Source of the DNA: Paramecium tetraurelia
Taxonomy: Eukaryota
DNA: 64,000 nucleotides
Assembly (NCBI GenBank): GCA_000165425.1
Contig: CT868008.1
Span: forward strand, 124,001 to 188,000
Direction: 5' to 3'
Shown: piece by piece, positions 53,837-64,000 of the stretch
Position numbering within the stretch: the first letter of the stretch is position 1
How the letters are laid out: every line of letters starts with the position of its first letter
Made by a program: the position numbers and the translations under genes
The notes under the pieces: model-generated
Told to the model about the DNA's origin: nothing
Database searches by the model: none
The model's input: the letters and a program-made list of their open reading frames with translations, nothing else

Positions 53837-55470
53837 TCAAATTAATATATTGATTTTTTTTCGAGCTAATTCAGCTTTGTATTTATCAGCAATTCCATTA
53901 TCATTTAATGCTCTTAATTTTGTATCTTTGATATTCTCTAACAGTTTTTTTTCATTCAACATTTTGTCTCTAATCTTTTTTCCTTCTTCTAATCTAAATT
54001 ATTAAGAGGAAATTACTTATCTCTTTCCTCTTATTTTCTTTTCTCCTCATTCAAAGAAATTTGCTTTCTTAATTCATCTGCATGCTTTTTAACAAGAGCA
54101 TCTTTATCATGCAATAACTTAAGTTCATTTTCTCGTTCTTATTTCTACTTTTATATAACTCTTTAAAATTCATCTCTTTCTAATCTAGCCTATATTAGTA
54201 TTGATTAAATTATACTTGTTCTTCTAGTCTATCTTGTTTTTCATATTATTACAATTTCCTTGCTTCATGTACTTCGTGATTTAATCTCATTTTTAATTCT
54301 GCTTCCTTTCTTTCCTTTTCTCTTGCTTATCTTTCATTTTATTCCATGGCTCTCTTGGCTCTTAATGCATCTAATTCAGCTTATCTATCTTATGCCTTTT
54401 CTTGCATTTCCCTCAGTCTTTAAACTTCACGTTCTTTTTCTTCTTTAATCCTCCTTTGCTCCTCTAAGAGTTCAGCTTCTTTTTGCGCTTTTTGTAAATT
54501 GTATTTGACTATCATTTCTTCTTCTTCTCTCTCTTCCAATTTTCTTTTTTCTTTTACTAAGATGGCTCTATCATTGGCTTCTAAGATTTCTTCTTGAACC
54601 TTTTGTTACGATACTTTTTTTTGCATAGCTTTTTATGCTTCCTCTTATTATAGCTGCTTAATCTTTTTCAACATAACTTATCCCTCTCTTTCTTATTCTT
54701 CTTTGTCTTTCAATCTAATTAACTCTCTCTCTTTAATTTGTTCAATAATAATATCATGCCCTTGTTTTTATTCAACTTTTCTCTATTTATCCTTCTCTTC
54801 ATGATATTTAATGGATTTCAGCCTTTCTATTTCCATCATCAAATCCTTTCTCTTTTCCTAAACCTTATATTGATTAATCAATTCTTTTTTCTCATATAGT
54901 TGCTTATCTCGAACAGTTACACATTTAGCATACATTACCATCTTATTCATTTCTTTAACATCATCCATCTACTCATTCATTATTTCTGCTGCCTAAAATA
55001 CAAGTGGTATCAACAAATACTCTTGCAAGAAGGGAATCTTTCACAACTTTATCCTCCTCCTATTATGATGTCAACGGAACTTATTTTTTTTTTTCTTCCT
55101 CCATTTGCATCATTCTTTATTTTTTGGCTTTGGCAGCAGCCATCTACTTCTCCTTCTATTCCTCAAGCAATTTCTTTTAGTATAATTGCTCTTCTTTAGT
55201 TGTAATTATTGCATTATTCTGAAAGCATATATATAAAATCTTCTTACTTTCATCCTTTACAATTCCCCTTCCCCTATCACAACCACCTCCGGACTAGAAG
55301 CATCACCATTTCGAACATTATTTACGATCAACTCTGTTTATTCTTGACTCCTTTATTTATCTACATTATGCATTTTTATCATACTTTAGGTTTCTTCCGC
55401 CAAAAGACTCTTTTTAGACCTTTTACTTAGCTTGCTATTCTATAATTAAATAAAAGGAATTTGATACCAT
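53837..55470 (-). CDS. CFAP45: Cilia- and flagella-associated protein 45-like (trichohyalin-plectin homology coiled coil)
   Basis: NEQMDDVKEMNKMVMYAKCVTVRDKQL, DLMMEIERLK, AELDALRAKRAME, GIADKYKAELARKK resemble CFAP45/CCDC19. Confidence 0.85.
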
Positions 55471-55629
55471 TATTCGATTAAATTAGACAATTTAAATAAT
55501 AATAATAAAACACTTTTTATTTACCAATAAAATAATATTGCATTATATTTTGATTCCATTTAATTATGATTTTGATTCTTTCTGATTTATAAACTATAAA
55601 TCACTGATTACTTTTATTCTTTTATTAAT

Positions 55630-57147
55630 ATGTTAAATTTAATTATATTTGTTGTTCTTGCCTATTCTTAAGCAAACAACCCTGAATCACACTCTCCTCA
55701 AATTAACAATACTAATGCTGATCTATAAGTGTTTGATCTACTTATAATGGGTCCTAATAATAATAGCTTAATAATTGTAGAAAATCCAAACATTCTCATA
55801 ACCTTTTACTAATAATAATGTCCTTATAGTCAGCAATTCTTTGAAGAGTTAAGCATACTTAAAAATGAGAGCGATTAGTTGAATATCACTTATGGAGTAT
55901 ATGATGTTGGAAAAGATGATTTTTCTGTTTATTAATCAATGAATAGGTTTGGTATTGTGGAAACACCAACAATAATGTTCTTTTAAAATGAAATACCTCA
56001 TATGTATGATGGCAATAAAAAGTCCCATTTAGTTTAGAAATGGATTTAAGAAGTATTTATTAAATTAATTCTATTTAGTTTTTTAATGGTAATAATCCTC
56101 CTAAAGAAATATTATCAGAATCAGAATTTAACTCATTACTAGGAGATGATAAAAATGTTCTTTTTTATTAAAAAAATTCTTCCCTGAAATACGACATAAG
56201 TTTTGATAAGTTCTATTAAGTTGCTATATAAAATACTGACCCAAATACAGTATTTGCTTACTCATCACACTATCAAAAGAATAATCTATTTAGTCTGAAA
56301 TTCTATAAAAAAGAGACAAATGAAGAATTTACTTTTCATCATTTAATCACTCTTGAAAATATTAAGAAATTTATTCTTAAACATTCACTTCCTTTAATTC
56401 CAGAATTAAATTCAGAATCAGAAGGTTTAATCTTTGAAGCAACCAGCTTTTCCTTTATTTTGTTTACTAATTTAGATGAACCATCAAGATAAGCTGAATC
56501 AGCTTTTAAAGAAGTTGCAATAGGTTTCAATAATTCTTACTAATTTTCAAAAATAAACATTTCGAATGACTAATACTTCAACTATCTCGATGAATTAGGA
56601 GTCAATGATGGAATAATTCCTAAGATCGTAGCTTTGAATGGCAAACTTAAATATAAATATGAAGGTCCAGATTTTTCAGTAAATGGAATTAAAGCCTTCG
56701 TTTTTAATTTAAGATAAGGGTAAATAGGTTCTTACAAATTATCAGAGCCAATACCTGATAATGATCACACAAATTCATACGTTAAGGTAACAGATATATT
56801 AAATATATTAGACAATTGTTGGCCTAAACTATGACACTGAAATAAAGTAGAGTAACAAAAACGTATTATTGAAATATCATGTAAAAGGTTGCTAACCTTG
56901 TGAGGAATTGGACCCAATTTATGAAGAATTAGCATACCATTATAGAGAGGATTAGAGTTTATTAATTGCCCAAATTGATGTAAGATTGAATGATTTTACT
57001 GATCTTTATTATCCTCGATCAACACCAGATATCATTCTATTTCTCCAAAAGAAGGGTGAAAGAAATGCAATATTCTGGAATAAATAAGAGATGACATTTG
57101 ATAATATTTAGATGTTTGTGGAATATAACATTTAAGTACAGTAATGA
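55630..57147 (+). CDS. Protein disulfide isomerase-like protein (a-b-b'-a' thioredoxin domains)
   Basis: Signal peptide MLNLIIFVVLAYS; a-domain CPYS; a'-domain GCQPCEELDPIYEELA, IAQIDVRLND. Confidence 0.85.
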
Positions 57148-57361
57148 ATTAATATTATGTATTTTTGATTATGAACAGATATTTTTTCAGATAGATTTAA
57201 TTAGATTAATTTTAGCATCTTAAACATCTTCATTTAAGTGAAAATTAAAAAAAAAGCATTTCCGAAATGATCATATTATTTTAAATTGCTTCAAGAATAG
57301 CTTAGATTTCTCATTATAATGATATTGAATTTATTACTTTTTTTATATATATATTTTTAAT

Positions 57362-59222
57362 ATGGGAAGTGGAGCGAGTAGATCACTTACAATTCCAGTT
57401 GTTTATGAGGAATCGTAGGCTAATAATCTTGCTAATTTTAAGACTACAAACAAATAGAAATTAACAATAACAGATCCATACATGAAACTTCAATAAGGTT
57501 ACCATACTATTCCATTAATCGTCAGAAAAATTGACAAACATGAGGAAATTAAGGTTGTTCATGGTGTAGTGGGTTTGAAAAATTTGGGTAACACATGTTA
57601 TTTCAACAGTGCAATACATTGTTTAAGTCATACATAACCTTTACTTGATTATATGTTATCGAGAGTTTTTGAAAAGGAAATTAACAAGAATAGCAAGCTA
57701 GGATCGAAAGGTTAGGTGACTGAATGCTTTGCTTAATTGCTGAGTGATATTTGGAAGGATGAAAGAAGTATTGGAATGAGTACTATAAATCAGGGGAATG
57801 ATACTAAGGACAAGAGTAAGGACAAGCAATTGAAATAAAAATAATATGAGAATTGGGTAGATCCTTTAAGGTTACTGTTGTTAATACAGAAATACTCAAG
57901 GAGATTTGAAATAGGATGTAAACAATTAGCACAATTAATTAGAGCAGGAGGATTGTCAAGAGTTGCTGAGTTATTTATTAGATATGATTCATGAAGATTT
58001 GAATAGATGTAAGAAGAAGGAGAATATCAAAGAAAAGGATTATACAGGTGATCCCAAAGAAGAATGGGCTGCAGAATCTTGGGGGGAACATCTTAAAATC
58101 AATAAGAGCATTGTGGTTGATTTGTTTTAGGGATAATTGAAATCTACAGTTGAATGCAAATATTGTAATTATCAAAGTCATAAATGGGAACCGTTCCTAT
58201 TTCTAAATTTACCTATCAAATAATAAAAATAACAATAATAACAATAATAATAATAATAATCATTTTAATCTAAAACTCTTGGGAGTTCTCAATTAAAACA
58301 AGACACCACTTGTGAATTGACTGAGTGTTTGGATCAATTTCAATAGGATGAAACCATCCAATGGAAATGTCCTAAATGTTAGGAAACCAGAGATTGTAAA
58401 AAAGGAATTAGAATATGGAAATTGCCCAATATTTTAATCATACATCTTAAGAGATTCGAATACGGAACTAAGTAGTCAGGTAAAATCACTTAGAAAGTCA
58501 ACTTCCCTCTCAATTAATTAGATATGTCTCCTTATTGTAATTAATAGAACGATACTGTTTATAATTTATATGCAGTGGCATAGCATCATGGTTCTTTGTA
58601 ATATGGCCATTATGTGTCTATTTGTAAACATAGAGTTGATAATTAATGGTATATGTACAACGATGATGCAGTTCTTAAGGTAATATAGTTCTAACTTTAG
58701 ATCCAAGATCCTGAGAAAGTAATTGTAGATTCATAGGCTTACGTTCTATTCTATTAGAAATAAACAGAAACCATTTTCAGATAAACTATCACGAATCCTA
58801 GTTGTTGGCCTCACAATTAAAGTGCTAAAAAATAAAGTCAGCCAAAAGAATAGCTTTAATTGATGGAATATGAGGAAAGTGAATAGAAAGGCTAATTAGA
58901 TGAAACCAGTCCTCATAATATCTCGGGTAATTCCATAAAGATTGATACTTAAAATGTAAAAAAGAAGCATTCTTACAATCACTTTATTAGAGAACAAAGC
59001 ATTAAATCAAACTCTATTTTTAAACGATCACGGCCTTCAGAAGATAATGAGAATAATTATACTAATAAATAAACTTCTATTACTAAAATAGAGGAATAGG
59101 TAATTTAATTCGTATTAATTTGAAAGTGGGGTTTTGGACAAGACAATGACAAGCAAAAGGAGATGGATAAGAATAAAGATAGGAAGCCCAATGATTGGAG
59201 ATCTAAAGGTACTCGTAAATGA
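57362..59222 (+). CDS. Ubiquitin-specific protease (USP/C19)
   Basis: Cys box GLKNLGNTCYFNSAIHCL, QEDCQELL, LIIHLKRF, His box HHGSLQYGHYVSIC, YNDD; N-terminus MGSGAS. Confidence 0.94.
58221..58259 (+). repeat. (TAA/CAA)n microsatellite encoding a poly-Gln tract inside the USP domain
   Basis: TAA TAA AAA TAA CAA TAA TAA CAA TAA TAA TAA TAA TAA in frame after FLNLPIK. Confidence 0.8.
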
Positions 59223-59274
59223 ATAATTATTTTAATTAAAATAGTATTTTTCCGTTAAATAATTTATATTCAAA

Positions 59275-60488
59275 ATGAAAACAAATCAAATCCCACGCTT
59301 TTTTTGTGTTGCTGATTTTAATAAAGAAAATTTTAACAATGGCACCAAACATCAAAGAGTACAATCATCCCTGGCAATCAGAGAGAAGTCATCAAACTCA
59401 TTCCATACAATGATCCCACCTTAAAAACCATAATTGAAATTGAATGATGAATCTAGTAATCGTACCAAAGAAGGATTTCATAGAGTCAAAACAGATTCAA
59501 ATATGTCTATGCCTTTAAGAAATGGTAGAAACCTCAGTATCACTAGTGGGGTTACTACATTATTAACAAATAAAAGCTTCTAATTACCTAAAAAATATGA
59601 TAATCCATAGTCTGTCAATGCATATAAAAAAGAAATCGTCCAATATATGAGAGAAAAATGCGTAATCAATCTAATTTAATGTAGTTTCGGTCCAATTATA
59701 AACTGAATGCTTTATAATTTCAAACTGAGATTACAGAAAAAATGCGCAGTATCTTACTTGATTGGATAGTGGATGTTCATTTTAAATTCAAATTAGATTA
59801 GGAAACATTATTTTTAACTATTTCAATAATTGATAGGTAAATTATGTAATAAATTTGAGAGTACTTGAAATTCACTAGATTTCAAAATCCAAATTTTAAC
59901 TCTATGGAGTGACTGCCTTATTCATAGCATCCAAATATGAAGAAGTTTATACTGTCCCTCATGTAAGAGATTTGGTGTATGTTTGTGACAATGCATATAC
60001 AAAAGAGGAAATCCTGGCAACTGAGGGGAAATTACTCTCGTTATTGGGATTTGATTTACTCACTACAAGTCCCCTAAGAATGTTGAATGCCTATTAAGAG
60101 ACAGCCAAATTGGATCAAAAAAATTACATGCTAGCAAGGTAATGAAAATATTTTAATTTATTTTAGATATTTAATAGAACTCTCTGTTTTAGAATATTCA
60201 ATGTTATAATTTTCAAACAATGTGTTGGCCAGTGCTTCTATCTATCTGGTCCATAAAATTAGACGAATCCATCCCTCATGGAATTAGGATTAGATGGTAC
60301 CTCTTACTGGATTAAATGAATTGGACATTAGAATATGTGCAAAAGAAATGTGCAGTCTATTGTAAAATCAAGATAAAAAGTAATTTGCATCGATTAGGAA
60401 AAAATTTTCTATGCCAAAATATTGCGAGGTCTCAAAAATAAGAATAGAAAAGAAGCCTTCACAAAATCTATAAACCCTTCCATAATGA
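59275..60488 (+). CDS. A/B-type cyclin
   Basis: Cyclin box [62 protein letters not shown]; three tiny introns. Confidence 0.93.
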
Positions 60489-60627
60489 TTTTTTTTAATT
60501 CTCATCCCATTTAATTAATAATGTGCATATTGATTATCTTTAACTATAAAGGCTATACTTTTGTCAATAACATAATTAGATGGATTATATTATTCATTAT
60601 AATATAATTATTTAATTATATATTATT

Positions 60628-62208
60628 ATGAGCAAGGCAAAATCGAGATATTCAACAGAAGAGCAGGCTGCTGTTTAATCCAAAGTTGTAATTTAAGAAT
60701 CTAAATAAATTAGTAATCCATTTAATTGCCCAGCATTAAATAAGAATAAGTTAATTCTGTATCAGTTATTGCTTTAAGTGAATTATATTAGATTAAAAAT
60801 CATATATAAGGCGAGAAATAAACCAAAAAAGTAACATTAAATATATCAATAGACACTTGATAATTAAAGACTTTGGGCATAAAGAATAACAAAGTAAAGA
60901 TAATAAAAAGAGGCTGAGAAATTAGAGAGATTCACTAAGGAGGAGGAAGAAAGAAGAAAAATTGATAAAGAAGAGGAAGAGTATTAAGAGAGACTCAAAA
61001 ATGAACTTGTAAAAGAATCGAATTAAAAAATATTTGATCAAAGAGCAGAGTATGATAAAATTTACAAAATTCTAGTGTTCGAAATTTGAAGGCATAAATG
61101 ATGTTAAGTGAAGTTGAGAGAACTAATGAATAATTAAATGCTATTAATAGGGAATAAAAAGAACTCAAAAAAATACATGAAGAGGAAAAGGAAAAAGAGT
61201 ATGAAATGCAGGAATATTATAAAGAGCAGGAATTAATGCTTAGGAAAGAGAAATAAGCAAAGAAGAAAAAAGAATGCAATGAGATCTTAGCTGATTAGCA
61301 TAAATAAGTCAAGGAGAGATATTTGAAGGAAATGATGCTAGATAAACAAGAAGGATAATTAATTAAGAAGAAAGCAGAGGAAGACGAAATTTTCAGAGAG
61401 TAATTAATATGCATAATTTAGACAATAAAAATTAGATATCAAACATAAGTAGTAGAAATTACTCAAAGAACATGAGGAATTCATGGAAAAGAGAAGAGAA
61501 TTATAAGAACTAGAAAAAAGTATTTTGGATGAAGAGGATAAGAAAATAATTGACCATGAATTTCACAAAGAAAAAGTGTTATAGATGAGAAAAGATAGAG
61601 TATAATATTAATATATAGTATTTAGGAACATTAAAAATAACACAAAAAGGAATAACTCAGAAAATAGATTTATGATCTTAGGGTGGAATAATAAAAATAA
61701 TAAGAAGATAATTATATGTAAACCATTTAAAAACATGCAGAGGAACTCAAACAAAAATAGGATGAAGAATTGAAATAGAAAGAATTAGAAAAAACATAAA
61801 TGATTTAAGATGCAGAAAATATGAGATTGAAACAACTTCAAATTTAATAATAAAAGAAGGCAAATTAATAGGCAGAATAGGAAGTAGATTTTAAATAAAA
61901 ATTAAAAGCATTAGAATAATTAGAATAAGTTGAATAGCTGCAAAATGATGTATTGAAAAGGAGGAATAAAGACTTGTAGGATTATTAGAAAATATAGATA
62001 GTAATATTTGTATTTATACAAGGAAGCTAAAAAGTAGCAACGAAAAAATTAATATATGCAAGAGTTGAAGGAATCATTACAAATGCAATAACGAAATCAA
62101 ACTGAAAAACAAGTATACTCTTCTTGGGCTCAACAGTGTATTGAAGAGTGGAAGGATAATGGCAAAAACATATTGCCAATGGTGAAAGCACTCTATTAAA
62201 CTGAATGA
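60628..62208 (+). CDS. CFAP210/CCDC173-like coiled-coil ciliary protein
   Basis: EEEERRKIDKEEEEYQ, KIFDQRADVRNLKAQMMLSEV, C-terminal WAQQCIEEWKDNGKNILPMVKALY; family assignment is from motif recall. Confidence 0.7.
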
Positions 62209-62465
62209 ATCAAAATTTCGATTTTATTTTATAAATCAAGTAATAGTAATTTTAGATTTATCGTTTTTAAATTCTTTAATATAAGTTCCTTGCTTGATAT
62301 TTTTTAAGAAAAGAATGAGTTTTATCTTGGAAATTGTATTTAATTTTTAGTTTCCAATAATAGAAAATTTTAATTTTTAAATATAAAACTCATATATGTA
62401 TATACATATTTCTTTAAGAATTTTTTGGTATAATAGAATAACATGATATATATATATTAGGTGAA

Positions 62466-63182
62466 TCATTGTAGAAAGTTGGTGAATTCCTGTACCTCAC
62501 TTTAGCAAAGTCTAAGGAAAATGGAATTTCTTCTATTTATATAAAATATTATAATACTCTCTGCAAATATTGACAAGTAAATCGTCTCTTCTAAAGCTTA
62601 GCTTTCTTCCAAAGATTTTATACAAATGTTAAAATCTTTGTAAATCATTTCTCAGATCTAGCTACAATTTGTCTAATTTGGTTAATTAATTAGATACTTG
62701 GATGCAAGGGAACCATAAGTTTTTGTTCCCTGAATGTCTTCTCTACAAAATCTCGTAGTTCTTCTTTATCAATTACTTCATAGTGGGCATACTGACAATT
62801 TAGACCTAATGGACAGACACCCGTGGAAAAGAAAGATCGGCAAGGTTTAGTTCGTTTATTGCCAAAGTTCTCTATTCTATGTGGCTCATGTATAAAAGAA
62901 CACTTTCATTTCATTTAAATGTACCTTGTCTTTGTATTGGCAATAACCTTTTTCTTGAAAGTTCCGACAGATTTTCGTTCTTAATTATTGTCTTTTGCCA
63001 TCTGATTAATCATTTTTATCGCCTGGTGTCGCGAAGCTCTTCTTTCTTATTGTAGGTTATTTAATTAGATTCTCAGTGTCCTAGTCAGAACCATCACTGC
63101 AAGTGGAGACATACCTTTAGGAATGATCAGTGCTGTAATTTTAGAGCATTTTCTAAGGAGTTGTATTACAATGTGAAGCCAT
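62466..63182 (-). CDS. Tandem CCCH zinc-finger protein (TIS11-like spacing)
   Basis: RTKICRNFQEKGYCQYKDKCSFIH and RTKPCRSFFSTGVCPLGLNCQYAH (C-x8-C-x5-C-x3-H twice). Confidence 0.85.
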
Positions 63183-63289
63183 TGAATATTTAAAATATTA
63201 ATATTTGACTATTTCTAGTTTCTCTTTATTAAATGTGGCAAATGAAAAAAACTTACAAATTTAATTTTAAATAATATTATCGTTAAACT

Positions 63290-64000
63290 ATGTTAACATA
63301 GAAATTCATTTCAGATAGCCCTGCAAAAAAAAGAGATGAAAACGATGAATAGGATTACATATTTGAATAGTTAGAATAAATCAATAAACGTATATACAAT
63401 TACTAGCAATTGATCAAATAGAAGATTAATATTTTACTTGGCAATAATACTATGAAATCAATCGATTATGACAGTCTCTAAAAATAGTTGTCAGATCTAA
63501 GATTGGAAGAGCAAAAGTAATCATAAACATTAAACTTTAGTTATTCTTCCATGTAATTTGACATTGACCGATAGTAGAGTTCAGTGTTCGATTATTATGA
63601 ATCCGAATTCAATAAGTTGAAAAGTTTGTATGAAACAATTAACAAAGAGCATTAAGGATTTATTAAATAGAAATAAAATGCTAACGAACTATATTGTTAA
63701 ATGATAGAAACTAAGTAAATTTTGTAAGAAGACTTAAACACCCATCTATTACAAAGAGCGGAGTTGGTGGGTTAAAAGGAAGAATTGGAGGAATTTGTAG
63801 AATAAGTCAAGAATTAGAATGAATAATTGTTTATGATTTCTTAGATGTACTTTCTAAATGGTAAAAAATACTAAGAAAATCAAAATCAAGTAGCTACGCA
63901 GGAGAAAGAGATTAAAGTCTTGTAGCAATAAAGAGAAGAAAAGTAGAAGCAATTAGGATTATAACATTAAGCAACATTACTAGAAGTTTAATTACATTAA
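63290..64000 (+). CDS. Hypothetical coiled-coil protein (partial, runs off the window)
   Basis: MLTQKFISDSPAKKRDENDEQDYIFE..., Q/E/K-rich with tiny-intron-like segments. Confidence 0.6.

Noticed and set aside
3523..58181. Many hydrophobic-looking ORFs in the supplied track (e.g. 4097-4309, 9101-9508, 25126-25425, 54260-55430, 57978-58181)
   Set aside because: They are antisense or off-frame shadows of real table-6 genes; Lys/Glu/Gln-rich sense strands read as Phe/Leu-rich on the opposite strand.
1..64000. Telomeric (G4T2/G3T3) repeats, retained IESs, transposons, tRNA/rRNA, or Sec/TGA readthrough
   Set aside because: None was recognisable. Conserved genes are uninterrupted apart from introns, and in-frame TGAs occurred only in introns or the pseudogene. 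Short IESs in non-coding DNA cannot be excluded without a MIC/MAC comparison.

Overview
AT-rich, very gene-dense ciliate macronuclear DNA, most consistent with Paramecium (aurelia group). Only TGA ends genes, TAA/TAG read as Gln at invariant positions (translation table 6), and genes are split by tiny 20-29 nt GT...AG introns. The supplied standard-code ORF track is therefore mostly fragments or antisense shadows, and I re-translated the window by eye. About 37 protein-coding genes are supported: three AGC kinases (one ankyrin-fused), an axonemal dynein heavy chain, CCT-beta, a Na+/H+ exchanger, two SHIPPO/ODF3-repeat proteins, SAXO-, CFAP45- and CFAP210-like ciliary proteins, MOB4, a short Fip1-motif protein, an HP1-like chromo+chromoshadow protein, a papain-family protease, PX-WD40, a PDI-like protein, a USP deubiquitinase, a cyclin and a tandem CCCH protein. 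There is also one clearly decayed vWA pseudogene. I saw no rRNA, tRNA, telomeric repeat, transposon or CRISPR. No single multi-gene novel system is evident. The best leads are single genes: the HP1-like protein with an incomplete aromatic cage, a degenerate ATP-grasp-like protein, a plant-type CCT-motif protein, a longin protein lacking a full SNARE motif and a tandem pair of PAS-like orphans. Coordinates are hand-derived and may be off by a few bases.
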